NCBI GenBank assembly: GCA_031409275.1
Contig: JANNXA010000055.1
Location: 192,001 to 256,000 of the forward strand
Direction: 5' to 3'
DNA length: 64,000 bases
From: Planctomycetota bacterium
Lineage (GTDB): Bacteria; Planctomycetota; B15-G4; SIAN01
Shown here: positions 9,009-19,956 of the stretch, one piece after another
How the letters are laid out: every line of letters begins with the position of its first letter
Numbering within the stretch: position 1 is the first letter of the stretch
Made by a program: the position numbers and the translations under genes
Notes under the pieces: generated by a model
What the model was told of the DNA's origin: nothing
Databases searched by the model: none
The model's input: only the letters and a program-made list of their open reading frames with translations

Positions 9009-11222
9009 TCACTCCTTGGTCCGCAGCTCCGCCGCCAGCCCCTCCGCCGTCGTCACCGGCAGCTTGCACGTCCCGGCGCGGCAGACCCACGCGGTCGCCA
9101 CCTTCGCGTCGCGCCCTTCGAGCAAGGCGGTGAGCTTCGCGACCTCCGCGCGCGTCTCCTGCGTCGCGGCGATCACGACTCGGTTCGGGGCGAAGCCTGC
9201 GCGGAGCACCGCGAGGAACGGCGCGAGCGCGGCTCGATCGGGGGCGAGCAGCACCACTTCGGCGGGCTGCGACTGCGCGAAGTCGACGGCGGCGAGCATG
9301 CGCGACAACGCGTGGGGCATCTGCTCGAGCTTGCTGCGGTAGAGCTCGAGCGTGCGCAACGCGGCCAGACGGTAGCTCTCGTTGCCGGTCAGCTCGGCGA
9401 GGCGCAGGAGGTTGTGGACGTGGACGGACGGGCCCGAGGGGGTCGCGCCGTCCCATGCTTCTTTTCCGCGGACCAGCAGCGCTTCGGCGTCGTGCGCCGT
9501 GAAGAAGAAGCCGCCATGCTCGCTGTCCCAGAACTGCTCGAGCGTGACGTCGGCGAGGCGCTTCGCGAACGCGAGATCGGCCGGATCGAAACGCGCCTCC
9601 CACAGCTCGAGCAGCCCCTCGATCAGGAACGCGTAGTCGGCGAGGTTGCCGTCGTGGCGGGCACGGCCGTCCTTGAAGCTGCGCCGGAGCTTGCCGCCGT
9701 CGGCGTCGCTCCACAGCTCGCGCTTCACGAAGGCGGCCGCCGCGGTCGCCGCGTCGATCCAACGCGGCTCCCCCATCGCGGCACCAGCGCGCGCCAGCGC
9801 CGCGATCATGAGTCCGTTCCAGTCGGCCAGCACCTTGTCGTCGCGATTCGGGGCGATTCTCTGCGCGCGAGCGGCGAGGAGTTCGCGGCGCGCCGCGTCG
9901 ATACCGGCGCTCACCGCGGCCGGCTCCATCGAACGCGATTTCGCGAAGTCGGCCACGCTCCACGGCCGCCACAACACCGTCTTGCCATGCTCGAAATTGC
10001 CGCCGGGCCCGACCCCGAAGAACGGCGCCACCCATGCGGCACGCTCCGCCCCCAGCACGGCCTCGAACTGCGCCGGATCCCAGACGAAGTACTTGCCCTC
10101 TTCGCCTTCGCTGTCGGCGTCCTGTGTGGAATAGAAGCCGCCGGCGGGCGAGTGCATCTCGCGCAGCGCCCAGTCGAGCGTTGTGCGAACGGTCTGCGCG
10201 TGCGCCGCATCGCCGGTCGCAAGCCAGCCGTCGAGGTAGGCCATCGCGAGCAACGCGTTGTCGTAGAGCATCTTCTCGAAGTGCGGCACGGCCCAGCGCT
10301 CGTCGACCGAGTAGCGATGGAAGCCGCCGGCGAGCTGATCGTGGAGGCCGCCGCCGGCCATCTTCTCGAGCGAGCGGGCCGCCGCTTCGCGCGCGGGCGC
10401 TTGCCCGAAGCGCGCATCGATGCGCAGCAGCAGTTGCAGGTCCATCGAGTGCGGGAACTTGGGCGCTTCACCGAAACCGCCGTTCTCCTCGTCAAAGCCC
10501 CGCAGCAGCAGTTCCGCGGCGCGCGGCAGCAGGCTCGGATCGTCGACGAACGCGCCCGGCTCGCCGCCGCCGACCGCCGGAGCCGCGACGGCTGCTGCGA
10601 GTTCGCGCAGATGGTCGGTGAGTCCATCGGCCGATCGCAACACGCGCGGGCGATCCTCCTTCCAGAGGCGCGCCATCTCGTTCAGCACGCGCGGGAAGCC
10701 GGGGCGACCGTAGCGGTCGGCGGGCGGGAAGTAGGTGCCGCCGAAGAAGGGCTTCAAGTCGGGCGTGAGCCAGACCGACATCGGCCAGCCGCCGCTCTGC
10801 GTCAGCGTCTGCACCGCCTTCATGTAGACCTCGTCGACGTCGGGCCGCTCTTCGCGATCGACCTTGATGCAGACGAAGGAGGCGTTCATCAGCGCCGCGA
10901 TCGCTTCCTGCTCGAAGCTCTCGTGCTCCATCACGTGGCACCAATGGCAGGCCGAGTAGCCGATCGAAAGGAAGATCGGTTTGTCCTCCGCCTTCGCGCG
11001 CGCGAACGCCTCGGGCCCCCACGGATACCAGTCGACCGGGTTGTGGGCGTGCTGCAGCAGGTAGGGCGACGTCTCCTGCGCCAGGCGGTTCTCATGCTTC
11101 GCGGCCATCGCGTTCGACTCCAAAGCCGTGTCCTGCGCCGCGCTCGGCGAAGCAGGAGTCACGGGAACGCCGCACGCCACCGCGGCCCACCAGGCGAAAG
11201 CGCTCGCGCGAGGCGCGCTCAA
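9009..11222 (-). CDS. Thioredoxin-domain / six-hairpin glycosidase-like protein (YyaL/SSP411/SPATA20 family)
   Basis: [79 protein letters not shown]. Start uncertain: TTG 11222 overlapping the upstream stop, or ATG 11108. Confidence 0.9.
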   Translation of the reverse strand: MSAPRASAFAWWAAVACGVPVTPASPSAAQDTALESNAMAAKHENRLAQETSPYLLQHAHNPVDWYPWGPEAFARAKAEDKPIFLSIGYSACHWCHVMEHESFEQEAIAALMNASFVCIKVDREERPDVDEVYMKAVQTLTQSGGWPMSVWLTPDLKPFFGGTYFPPADRYGRPGFPRVLNEMARLWKEDRPRVLRSADGLTDHLRELAAAVAAPAVGGGEPGAFVDDPSLLPRAAELLLRGFDEENGGFGEAPKFPHSMDLQLLLRIDARFGQAPAREAAARSLEKMAGGGLHDQLAGGFHRYSVDERWAVPHFEKMLYDNALLAMAYLDGWLATGDAAHAQTVRTTLDWALREMHSPAGGFYSTQDADSEGEEGKYFVWDPAQFEAVLGAERAAWVAPFFGVGPGGNFEHGKTVLWRPWSVADFAKSRSMEPAAVSAGIDAARRELLAARAQRIAPNRDDKVLADWNGLMIAALARAGAAMGEPRWIDAATAAAAFVKRELWSDADGGKLRRSFKDGRARHDGNLADYAFLIEGLLELWEARFDPADLAFAKRLADVTLEQFWDSEHGGFFFTAHDAEALLVRGKEAWDGATPSGPSVHVHNLLRLAELTGNESYRLAALRTLELYRSKLEQMPHALSRMLAAVDFAQSQPAEVVLLAPDRAALAPFLAVLRAGFAPNRVVIAATQETRAEVAKLTALLEGRDAKVATAWVCRAGTCKLPVTTAEGLAAELRTKE

Positions 11223-11920
11223 GGCAGGAAGCGCGTTTCGCAGCGTCCGACGTAGCCGAGCAACTGTTCGCGCAACCAATCGTAGGTCTGCACGAACTGG
11301 GCGATGAGCCGCCCCGCCTCCGCCTCGGTCACCTGCGAGCGGAAGACACCGACGTTCTCGAGGAAGATCGTCTTCGGGTCGCGCTGCATCGTCTCGATCC
11401 GCGAGTGGAATTGCCCCTCGTCGACCGGCGCCGTCGGGAAGGTCATGCGCAAGCCCATCAGCAGCGGCGGGCGCTCGAAGTTCGCGTCATCTTCCGCAGT
11501 GAATGCGAGCATCGAACGCTTCATCAGGTCGACGGCATCCTGCGCGACGCGCGGCGTCGCCAGCGATTGCACCGCGAACTGCGTCGCCGCGAAGTGCGGG
11601 ATCTTGAGCTCGCTGAAGGCTGCGCGCGCGAACGCGTCGAGCCGCTTCTCGAAGTCCTCGCGCGAGAGGCCGGTGAGCTGCTCCTGGAGGCGGATGCGAT
11701 CCGGCAGGATCCACGCCGCCGACACGGCGCCCTGCTGCGCCACCGGATTGGCCAGCATCGCGCCGCCCTGCACCAGCTGGAAGTTCACGTAGCGCGTCGT
11801 CTCGCGCTCGAAGCACTTCGCGTGCATGCGCTGGAGATCCGCGAGCTGCCACTGCTGCGCCGGAAACACGAGCTCGGCCAGGAACTGGATGCTGCGCAAC
11901 GGGTGCAAGAGGCGCTCCAA
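11219..11920 (-). CDS. Hypothetical protein (233 aa, alpha/beta)
   Basis: Protein-like composition; fills the gap between the permease and YyaL genes on the same strand. Confidence 0.7.
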   Translation of the reverse strand: MERLLHPLRSIQFLAELVFPAQQWQLADLQRMHAKCFERETTRYVNFQLVQGGAMLANPVAQQGAVSAAWILPDRIRLQEQLTGLSREDFEKRLDAFARAAFSELKIPHFAATQFAVQSLATPRVAQDAVDLMKRSMLAFTAEDDANFERPPLLMGLRMTFPTAPVDEGQFHSRIETMQRDPKTIFLENVGVFRSQVTEAEAGRLIAQFVQTYDWLREQLLGYVGRCETRFLP

Positions 11921-11947
11921 CGAGAGTCGATCCGCGAGGGCCGCGCA

Positions 11948-13654
11948 TTATCGACGCGGCGACCCCGCGAGCAACCGCAGCGCGATCCACGGCACGAAGA
12001 CCGAGACCACCTGCATCCACGCCAACGTGCCCACCACCGCATCGCGCGACAGATGGACCAGCTGATAGAGGCGATAGGTCAGCATCTCCTGCGCTCCGGG
12101 CAGGAGCACGATCGCATCGAACTCGCGCAGCATCAGGCCGAGCGAGAGCGTGCCCACCGCGAAGAGCCCCGGCGCCAGCAACGGCAGTCGCAAGCGCCGG
12201 AACCGCGTCGCGCCCCCCACCGGCGCCAGTGCCGCGGCCTCTTCCAGTTCCGGCGAGAGGCGCCGCCACGACGCCGCCAGGGCCAGCACGGCGAGCGGCA
12301 GGAAGCGCGATGCGAGCGTCAAGGAGACCAGTCCGTAGCCGCGCGCGATGCGATCGACGATCCCCGAATCGGCCAGGAAGAGCTGCTCGCTCGCCATCCC
12401 GAGCAGCAAGCTCGGGAAGGCGAAGGGAAGCAGCACCAGCGCGCGCGCGGCGGTGCTGACGCGTGATGCGCGGGCGAGCGCACGCGCCGGCCCGATCGCC
12501 AGCAACAACACGATCAGCACGCCGAGCAGCGCGTTGCGCAAGCTCGCCACGATGTCGGGCGAGTAGCGGCGCAGCGCCTCGCGCGCGGGCGAGCGGCTCT
12601 GGTAGATCGACAGGTCGATCACCGGGGTCGCGAGGCGGTTCACGCCGCCGGCCGGATTCGCGCCGCTGGCGGAAGCGGGCGCGGGCGCGGGCGCGGCGGG
12701 CGCGACCACCGGCGGCGGCCCGTTCGACTGCTTCAGCGCCATCTGCCCCAGCACGCCAAGCGGGATCCCCGCGGTCGTGAGGACCACCGCCAGCAGGAAC
12801 AGGTGCGCGAGCGGTTGCCAGCGGCCGAGGTGGAACGGGCGCGGCGCGACGTGGCTGCCTTGCACCGAAGCGACCGAGCGGCGCTGTTCCGCGCGCGCCA
12901 GCAGCAGCAACGCGACGGCGGCGATCGCCACGAGGGGCACGGCGAAGGCCGTGGCGCTGATCGGATCGGAGTTGCGCACGAAGGCGCCGTAGATCTCGGT
13001 CGCGAACACTTGGAACGTCGCCTCGCCCTGCACCGCGAAGCTGAAGAAGTCGGGCACCACGAAGTCGGAGAGGGCGAAGACGAAGACCAGCAGTGCCCCC
13101 GCCGCGATGCCGCCGCGCGCCAACGGCAGCGTCACTCGCCACAGCGCCCGGCGCGCGCCCAACGAAACGCGCGCCGAGTCTTCGAGATCGGCTCCGACTT
13201 CACGGAACGCGCGCGCCGCCAGCAGCGCGACGACGGGGAAGAGCGCGCCGCCGAGGATCAGCACGATGGCCGGCAGGCCGCGCATCGGGTGCAACTGCAC
13301 CCAGGCGATTCCGGCGAGATACGGAGGCAACAGCAGCGGCACGAGCGCAAGCGCCTCGTAGAGGCGCGCGCCGCGCAGGTTGGTGCGCGCGACGAGGAAT
13401 CCGAACGGAACGCCGATCAGCGTCGTCGCCGCCACGACCGCGAGCGCGAGTTCGAGGCTGTTCCACAACGTCGCGCGGCGCGCGGCGGCACCGGCGTCAC
13501 TGCCGAAGATCGCCGCATACGCCGCGAGCGAGAAGCCTCCGCCCTGCGGAAAGAGCGAGCGGCCGATCAGGTAGAGCACCGGCCCGAACGCGACCAGCGC
13601 GAACGGCAGCCAAGGCAACCAGCGCTTCAGCAGCCGAGTCGAATCGGAAGCCAT
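11948..13654 (-). CDS. ABC transporter permease, FbpB/ThiP-like (two fused TM modules)
   Basis: Multiple TM helices, LLLPPYL, two EAA loops (LEDSARVSLGA, LEEAAALAPVG). Confidence 0.85.
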   Translation of the reverse strand: MASDSTRLLKRWLPWLPFALVAFGPVLYLIGRSLFPQGGGFSLAAYAAIFGSDAGAAARRATLWNSLELALAVVAATTLIGVPFGFLVARTNLRGARLYEALALVPLLLPPYLAGIAWVQLHPMRGLPAIVLILGGALFPVVALLAARAFREVGADLEDSARVSLGARRALWRVTLPLARGGIAAGALLVFVFALSDFVVPDFFSFAVQGEATFQVFATEIYGAFVRNSDPISATAFAVPLVAIAAVALLLLARAEQRRSVASVQGSHVAPRPFHLGRWQPLAHLFLLAVVLTTAGIPLGVLGQMALKQSNGPPPVVAPAAPAPAPASASGANPAGGVNRLATPVIDLSIYQSRSPAREALRRYSPDIVASLRNALLGVLIVLLLAIGPARALARASRVSTAARALVLLPFAFPSLLLGMASEQLFLADSGIVDRIARGYGLVSLTLASRFLPLAVLALAASWRRLSPELEEAAALAPVGGATRFRRLRLPLLAPGLFAVGTLSLGLMLREFDAIVLLPGAQEMLTYRLYQLVHLSRDAVVGTLAWMQVVSVFVPWIALRLLAGSPRR

Positions 13655-13717
13655 GGCGGGATCCAGTCCACGTCGCATCGCCCCCGCGATGGCCCGAAGC
13701 CTAGGACCGCGCCGCGG

Positions 13718-14350
13718 CTAGTCAATCTCCGCCGCGTTGCTGATGACGCGATCGACGAGCCCGTAACTGACCGCTTCCTGCGCGGTCAGCCAGAAGTCGC
13801 GCTGGCAATCGGCCTTCACCTTCGCGGCGGCGCGGCCCGTTTCGAGCTCGACGATCCGGTTGTACTTCTCGCGGATCCGCTCGATCTCGGTCGAGGTGAT
13901 CTCGAGGTCGCTCGCGCTGCCCATCGCCTGCATCGAAGGCTGGTGGAGCAGGAAGCGGGAGTTGGGCAGCGAGAAGCGCATCCCCTTGCGACCGCCAAGG
14001 AAGATCGGCACGCCGGCCGACGCCGAGAGGCCCGCGCAGATCGTGCGGATCGGCGCGCGGATGAACTTCATCACGTCGTAGATCGCAAACCCAGAGTCGG
14101 CGTCGCCGCCCGGCGAATTGACCCAGACGGTGATCGGCTTCTCGTGGTTGCGACCGTCGAGCAGCAACAGCGCGGAGCACGCCTTCTCCATCAGGCCGCG
14201 ATCGACCGGCTTGGCGATCATCACGACCCGCTGCTTCAGCAGCAGCCGCAGCCCCGGGGGCATCGGCGGCGCCTTCTTCTTGTCGGTCTTCTCGGGTTCG
14301 GCGAGGAGCGGTCGGTCGCCGTCAAGGCCAGTTTCGCGCGAGGAAGCCAT
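13718..14350 (-). CDS. clpP: ATP-dependent Clp protease proteolytic subunit
   Basis: VNSPGG, AIYDVMKFI, GLSASAG (Ser), LLHQP (His), QRDFWLTAQEAVSYGLVD (Asp). Start uncertain (14263-14422). Confidence 0.92.
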   Translation of the reverse strand: MASSRETGLDGDRPLLAEPEKTDKKKAPPMPPGLRLLLKQRVVMIAKPVDRGLMEKACSALLLLDGRNHEKPITVWVNSPGGDADSGFAIYDVMKFIRAPIRTICAGLSASAGVPIFLGGRKGMRFSLPNSRFLLHQPSMQAMGSASDLEITSTEIERIREKYNRIVELETGRAAAKVKADCQRDFWLTAQEAVSYGLVDRVISNAAEID

Positions 14351-14486
14351 CGGCTCTCGATCTCCCATTGCCTGCGCGCGGCCAAGGAAGCCGCGAAGGC
14401 CGCGCAGGATATCCAAACCCATCGCTGTCCCGATCGGCCAACGCGCCGTTCCAGCTCAAGCTCGAAGCCAGGATGCTGGGCCGCGG

Positions 14487-15224
14487 TCAGCTTTCCTTGC
14501 GGAAGACGAGGTTGTGGTCGGGCGACCACGCCATCGCCTTCCAGGCCGGCACGAGCTTCTCGAGTTCGGCGATCAGCTGCAGCGGCCACTCCTTCGTCTG
14601 CAGCTCGGGCGCCTCGGCCGGCCATTGGCGGCAGAGCGTGAAGCGGTGTTCGCCCGGCTTGAACCACTGCGCGAAGGTCTGGAGCATCCCCGGCGTCATC
14701 TGTTCGCACGGGTAGAGCTTCTGCCAATCGTGGATCCGCATCGAGTAGCCGACCAGCGGCCGCACCGCGGCCGACAGCCGCTCGACCTGCGGCGACTCCT
14801 TGCAGCTCTTCAGCAGGTTCTGCGTGTCCCACCAGCTGCGTTCGGAGATGCGGATGCCCAGCGTGAAGTGCTTGAGCGTCAGCTCGCCATAGAGCAGCGC
14901 ATGGAAGTAGGACGGATCGATGTCCTCGGCGAACTCCTGGCCGAGGATCTGCTGCAACTGCACGCGCTCCTTCTTCCCGGGGAAGAGCGTGAACCACAGC
15001 GCGTCGACGCGATAGCCGTTGAAGCTGAACGGGTGGTTGATCGAGGTCTTGGTCTCGAACTTCACCTCGGTCCGCTTGACGAGTTCCTTGACCGCGAGCT
15101 TGCCGATCGCGCCCAGGTTGGCGCGCACCAGCCGGCGCGCGTCGTTGAACATCGGGTCGCGCGTCTTGTGCGGCTCGAAGACCAGGAAGTCGGCGGGGCG
15201 GAACGGGCGAACGACGTCAGCCAT
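14487..15224 (-). CDS. Hypothetical protein (possibly DUF1054/YktB-like)
   Basis: Globular-looking sequence from MADVVRPFRPADF; divergent from ilvE. Family assignment is a weak impression. Confidence 0.65.
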   Translation of the reverse strand: MADVVRPFRPADFLVFEPHKTRDPMFNDARRLVRANLGAIGKLAVKELVKRTEVKFETKTSINHPFSFNGYRVDALWFTLFPGKKERVQLQQILGQEFAEDIDPSYFHALLYGELTLKHFTLGIRISERSWWDTQNLLKSCKESPQVERLSAAVRPLVGYSMRIHDWQKLYPCEQMTPGMLQTFAQWFKPGEHRFTLCRQWPAEAPELQTKEWPLQLIAELEKLVPAWKAMAWSPDHNLVFRKES

Positions 15225-15330
15225 CGGGAGTCCAGCGCGGGACGAGGGGGGTGAGTGGTCGCGACGATAGACTCTCGCCCCTTCCGAAACCCGGCCCGAT
15301 CGGCGCAGAGCGTCGCGGCCAAGGAGCGCC

Positions 15331-16260
15331 ATGCAGCCCGCCAAACAGCTGTGGATGGACGGACGACTGATCGAGTGGGATGCCGCTCGTGTCCACGTGA
15401 TGGCGAGCACGCTCCACTACGGCGTCGGCGTCTTCGAGGGCGTGCGCTGCTACGCCCAGCAATCGGGGCCGCCGGCGATCTTCCGGCTCGACGACCACAT
15501 CGATCGGCTGATCGACTCGGCGCGCTGCGTCGACATGGCGTTGCCGTTCGACCGCGCCGCGCTGATCGCCGCGTGCAAGGAGGTCGTGCGCGCCAACGGT
15601 TTTGGCGACTGCTACCTGCGACCGATCGCGTTCTACGACGACGGCGAGGCCGGCCTCGGCGCGATCAACCCGGTGCGCGTCGCGGTGATCGCCTTCCAAT
15701 GGGGTGCCTACCTCGGCCGCGACGGGCTCGAGAAGGGCATCTCGACCACGATCTCGTCGTGGATCCGCCACCACCCCGGCTCGGCGATGCTGCGCGCAAA
15801 GATCTCGGGCCAGTACGTGACCTCGGTGCTCGCCAAGCGGCTCGCGAAGAAGAACGGCTTCGACGAGGCGATCTTCTGCGACGTCAACGGTTCCGTCTGC
15901 GAAGGGACCGGCGAGAACCTCTTCCTCGTGCGCCACGGCGTCCTGAAGACGCCACCGACGAGCTCCGCGATCCTCGCGGGCATCACGCGTGACTCGGTGC
16001 TGGCGCTGGCGCGCGCCGCCGCCCGCGAGCAGGCCCTCGAGGTGGTCGAGGAGCCCTTCGCACGCGACGAACTCTTCCTCGCCGACGAGGCGTTCTTCAC
16101 CGGCACCGCGGCCGAGGTGACGCCGATCCGCGCCATCGACCACCGACCCGTCGGTATTGGCAGTCGCGGGAAGGTCACCGCCGACCTGCAGGCTCGCTTC
16201 TTCCGCGCGGCTCGCGGCCACGAAGCGGCCTTCCGCCATTGGCTCGCCCCCATCGCGTGA
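15331..16260 (+). CDS. ilvE: Branched-chain amino acid aminotransferase
   Basis: LHYGVGVFEG, AKISGQY (PLP Lys), EGTGENLF, ILAGITR, ADEAFFTGTAAEVTPI; AAGGAG RBS. Confidence 0.95.
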   Translation: MQPAKQLWMDGRLIEWDAARVHVMASTLHYGVGVFEGVRCYAQQSGPPAIFRLDDHIDRLIDSARCVDMALPFDRAALIAACKEVVRANGFGDCYLRPIAFYDDGEAGLGAINPVRVAVIAFQWGAYLGRDGLEKGISTTISSWIRHHPGSAMLRAKISGQYVTSVLAKRLAKKNGFDEAIFCDVNGSVCEGTGENLFLVRHGVLKTPPTSSAILAGITRDSVLALARAAAREQALEVVEEPFARDELFLADEAFFTGTAAEVTPIRAIDHRPVGIGSRGKVTADLQARFFRAARGHEAAFRHWLAPIA

Positions 16261-17381
16261 ACGCGCCGCCGCGCACGATCTTCGTCAGCGCTGGCGACAC
16301 GTCGGGCGACCACCACGGCGCGCGCCTCGTCGAAGAGTTGCGCCTTCGCTTCCCCGACGCGCGCTTCACCGGGTTCGGCGGCGATGCGCTACGCGCCGCC
16401 GGCGTCGAGCTGCTCGATCCGCTGGCCGACCATCCCGTGATGGGGTTCGCGCCGGTCCTCGCACAGATCGGCCGCTTCATCCGCCTGCTGAACGGCATCG
16501 ACGGATGGCTCGCGCGCGAGCGTCCCGACGTCGTGATCCCGATCGACTACCCCGGCTTCAATGTGCGATTGGCTCGCCTCGCCCGCGGCCACGGCATCAA
16601 GGTCGCCTACTACATCTGCCCGCAGTACTGGGGCTGGGCGCCGTGGCGCGCGAAGCGCTTCGCCACCAGCATCGACCTCGGCCTCACGTTGCTGCCGTTC
16701 GAGGCGCCCTTCCTCGCCCGGTACGGCATCGCAGCGACCTGCGTCGGTCATCCGCTCGCCGATCGCATGGCGGAGGTGGCCCCGGCCGGCGCCGACGCCG
16801 ACGCGCTCGCGCTGCTTCCCGGCAGTCGCCGCCGCGAGATCGACGAACTCTTCCCATGGCAGCTGCGGGCGGCCGCGACGCTGGCGCAACGCGGTGCGCG
16901 ACGGCTGCGACTGGTGAGCGCCCATCCGCGCGCCGCGCAGCGCGACTACCTGCGCTCGATGGCGCGCGCCGCCGGCCTCGAAGTCGACGTGCGCGATCAG
17001 CCGCTGCCGCAACTGCTGCGGGAGTGCCGCGCCACGATCGTCACCTCGGGAACGGCGACGCTCGAGTGCGCCCTGATGCGCGTGCCGTCCGTGATCGTCT
17101 ATCGGGTGAACGCCTTCTCGAAGTGGGCGTCGAGCTTCATCTTGACGAGCCCCTGGATCGGCCTGCCGAACCTGCTCGCCGGCGACGAGCTCTTCCCCGA
17201 GTACCTCGCGGTCGAGGACCCTGGCGCGCCGCTCGACCGCGACCTCGCGGCGCTGTGGGACGACGGGGCGCCGCGTGAGGCGTGCCTGCGCGAGCTCGAC
17301 CGCTTGCGCGCCACGGTGCTGGTGCCGGGTGCCGCGCGCAAGGCCGCGGCCGCCATCGCGGAACTGATCGAGAGACGCTGA
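16257..17381 (+). CDS. lpxB: Lipid-A-disaccharide synthase
   Basis: SAGDTSGD, IDYPGFN, YICPQYWGW, LPFE, VGHPL, LLPGSR, SGTATLE, GLPNLL; GTGA overlap with ilvE. Confidence 0.93.
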   Translation: MNAPPRTIFVSAGDTSGDHHGARLVEELRLRFPDARFTGFGGDALRAAGVELLDPLADHPVMGFAPVLAQIGRFIRLLNGIDGWLARERPDVVIPIDYPGFNVRLARLARGHGIKVAYYICPQYWGWAPWRAKRFATSIDLGLTLLPFEAPFLARYGIAATCVGHPLADRMAEVAPAGADADALALLPGSRRREIDELFPWQLRAAATLAQRGARRLRLVSAHPRAAQRDYLRSMARAAGLEVDVRDQPLPQLLRECRATIVTSGTATLECALMRVPSVIVYRVNAFSKWASSFILTSPWIGLPNLLAGDELFPEYLAVEDPGAPLDRDLAALWDDGAPREACLRELDRLRATVLVPGAARKAAAAIAELIERR

Positions 17382-17412
17382 GCGGCGCGCCACCATCGGC
17401 GCACCTTCGAAC

Positions 17413-19281
17413 TCAGTCGCGCGACGCGGGCGGCGAGGGCGGCGGATCGACGAGGAAGATGACGCGAATGCGCCGCGATGGTGCGGTCGTCCTCGACTTC
17501 GACACCGAAGCGGGAGCGGCGTCGAGGAGGCCGCCGACGGCGGCATCGTCGCCGGCGATCGCTCGATACCGCTCGCTCGAGAGCAGCGCTTCGCTCGGCT
17601 CGGCAGTGGCAGGATCGGCGCTCGCGGCGCGGCCGACCGCGCCCGCGACGTCGCCTGGCTGCTGCAAGTCGCGCGCGGCGCCGGCCGTTTGCGCCGCGAC
17701 TCGACCCGCGCGCCACCGCGCAAGCCATGCCTCCGGCGTAAGTGGCTGCGCGCCATGCCACGCCTGCCACTGCGCTTCGTCGACATCGACGATCATCACT
17801 TCGTCGGCACGCGCACCCGGCGACGCATCCTTGTCTGCCGGCGAACTCTCGTGCGCCTCTTCGCGAGCGCCACCCGCGACGCCCGGCTCCGTGACGATGG
17901 GCCGCGCGTCCGCAGCATCGATCCGCGCGAAGAGGAGCAAGGTCGGCGCTCTCGCTGCGGCAGCCACCGAATCGTCGCTGGAGCGCTCCAACCGCTTGGC
18001 GTCTCCCTTCTGCTCCGGTTTGTTGTCGCGATCGGCGACGTGCTTCGCCTGTTCGCGCGACCGCTCCTTCGCGGATTCACCGGTCGAGAAGCCGCCCTCA
18101 CCCGGTTTCGAGGAAGGCGACGACGAGCGCGCGCTCCACTCCTCCGACTCGATCCCGTCCAGCGTCGCGCGCAACTGCGCGAGCGCGACGTGCGGCGCTG
18201 CGGCAGCGAGCAGTTGCATGGGATCGAACGGCAGCAACGTCGAGGTGTCGACAAGGCCGCGCGCCAGCGCTCCGGGCGCTTCCTCCGATGGAGCCGCCGT
18301 TGTTTCTGGAATCCCGCCGCCATCGTCGCCCGTCGGCGCCGGCGCCGCGACGTCACGTGGGCGGGCCGCTTCGCCGCCGGGGTTCCCGGCCGGCGGAGCG
18401 CCGAGAGGGGCGGGCGCTGCGGGTTTGCGAACGTCCGTCGAGACCGGCTTCGTCGGAGCCTCCTCCTGCTTCTTGGGATCGAGCGAGCCGGAGGTGGCGC
18501 CGCGGGGTCGCGACGACTCCTCGTCCGACTCCACGGCCGGATCTTTCTTCGACTTCGAGTCTCCCGCCAGCGGCGCGTCCTTCTTCCGCCCCGGTTCACG
18601 GCCCGCGCGGCGGTAACCCTGCTCGTCAGTAGCCCCCTCGCGGTCCGCCCCATCGAGCGCTTCGAAGTCGAGGATCGCCGGCGACGACGCCTCGTCCTCG
18701 AGCGCGTGCTCGGCAGGCGCGTCGCTTGCGCCGGCTGCGCCCTCGCTCGAAGCACGTCCCGGAACTCCACTGCCGCCACCGCCGCCGCCCGTCGCGTATC
18801 CGCTGAACCGTTCCTGATCGAACTCTTCGAGCGCGTCGAGATCGGTCATCGCCGCGGGTGGCGCCGAAGCCACGGATGCTGCGTCGCGCGCGGCCAGCAG
18901 CTCCGTTGCCGGCGCGAGAAGCCGCGATTGAAACCAAATCACCGCCGCCACGGCGGTCGCCGCCGCGAGCGCCAACGGCGCGGCGATCTTCCGCCAGCGC
19001 GACACGACGAGGCGCGGGGTGAGCGGCGCAGCAGCGGCGGCATTGACGCGGACGGCCGCATCCAACGCAGCCAGCGTGGCGTCGCGCAACTCGGCGGGAG
19101 CCGCCGTCGGGCCGCCGACCCTCAGTTCGCGCAATCCCGCCGTCACGCGGCGCGCCCGCAGGGCGGCCTCGCGGCAACTCGCACAACTCGCAAGGTGCAG
19201 GTCGAGCAGCGCCTGCTGTTCCGCCGACAAGCCGCCGTCGGCTGCGGTCCAGACCCACTCGCGCAGCGCTTCGCAGCTCAT
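17413..19281 (-). CDS. Zinc-binding (zf-HC2) membrane anti-sigma factor with long low-complexity extracytoplasmic region
   Basis: N-terminal MSCEALR and HLASCASC, TM segment IAAPLALAAATAVAAVIWF; ATGA overlap with the ECF sigma gene. Confidence 0.8.
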   Translation of the reverse strand: MSCEALREWVWTAADGGLSAEQQALLDLHLASCASCREAALRARRVTAGLRELRVGGPTAAPAELRDATLAALDAAVRVNAAAAAPLTPRLVVSRWRKIAAPLALAAATAVAAVIWFQSRLLAPATELLAARDAASVASAPPAAMTDLDALEEFDQERFSGYATGGGGGGSGVPGRASSEGAAGASDAPAEHALEDEASSPAILDFEALDGADREGATDEQGYRRAGREPGRKKDAPLAGDSKSKKDPAVESDEESSRPRGATSGSLDPKKQEEAPTKPVSTDVRKPAAPAPLGAPPAGNPGGEAARPRDVAAPAPTGDDGGGIPETTAAPSEEAPGALARGLVDTSTLLPFDPMQLLAAAAPHVALAQLRATLDGIESEEWSARSSSPSSKPGEGGFSTGESAKERSREQAKHVADRDNKPEQKGDAKRLERSSDDSVAAAARAPTLLLFARIDAADARPIVTEPGVAGGAREEAHESSPADKDASPGARADEVMIVDVDEAQWQAWHGAQPLTPEAWLARWRAGRVAAQTAGAARDLQQPGDVAGAVGRAASADPATAEPSEALLSSERYRAIAGDDAAVGGLLDAAPASVSKSRTTAPSRRIRVIFLVDPPPSPPASRD

Positions 19282-19925
19282 CGCGCCACCTCCGGCCCCT
19301 GGAAGCCGCTGCCGCCAAGCGCTCGCGACAGCTCTTCGCGCGCGCGCGCCAGGCGCGAGCGGACCGTCCCGATCGGGACTTCAAGCAGCGCCGCGATCTC
19401 TTCGTAGCTCTTGCCCTCGACGTCGCGCAGCAGGACCACGATGCGACGCGATTCCTCGAGCGCCGCGAACGCGCGATGGAGGCGCGCCCGCTCTTCCGTC
19501 GCCTGCGCCTGTTCGGGCGGGGTGGCGACTTCTCCGGGGATCTCGAACGTCGAGTCGTCTCCGGCGGCGGCCGCACCCAACGACAGCTGGCGACCCCGCG
19601 CCTTCGCGGCGAGGCTGCTGCTGCGGTTCAGGTGGAGGTTCACCACGATGCGATGGATCCAGGTCGTGAAGGCGGCGTCGCCGCGAAAGGCGGCGATGCC
19701 CTGAAGCGCGCGCAAGAACGCTTCCTGCGCCAGCTCCTGCGCGTCGTCGCGTCGGCCACGGCACAGCTGCAGCGCCAACGTGAAGACGCGATCCTGGTGG
19801 AGTTCGACGAGCTCGCCGAACGCCGCCCGATCCCCGAGCCGGGCACGGGCCACCACCGCCGAGTCATCGGCAGCGGCGGTCGCGTCCAGCGCAGGCGTCA
19901 CGACCTTGGATGACGACGGGTCCAT
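19278..19925 (-). CDS. ECF (sigma-70 family group 4) RNA polymerase sigma factor
   Basis: GDRAAFGELV, DAQELAQEAF, FTTWIHRIVVN, LRDVEGKSYEEIA, GTVRSRLARAR. Confidence 0.95.
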   Translation of the reverse strand: MDPSSSKVVTPALDATAAADDSAVVARARLGDRAAFGELVELHQDRVFTLALQLCRGRRDDAQELAQEAFLRALQGIAAFRGDAAFTTWIHRIVVNLHLNRSSSLAAKARGRQLSLGAAAAGDDSTFEIPGEVATPPEQAQATEERARLHRAFAALEESRRIVVLLRDVEGKSYEEIAALLEVPIGTVRSRLARAREELSRALGGSGFQGPEVAR

Positions 19926-19956
19926 CCGGTTCCCGACCGGGCCGCTGCCCGGAGCG

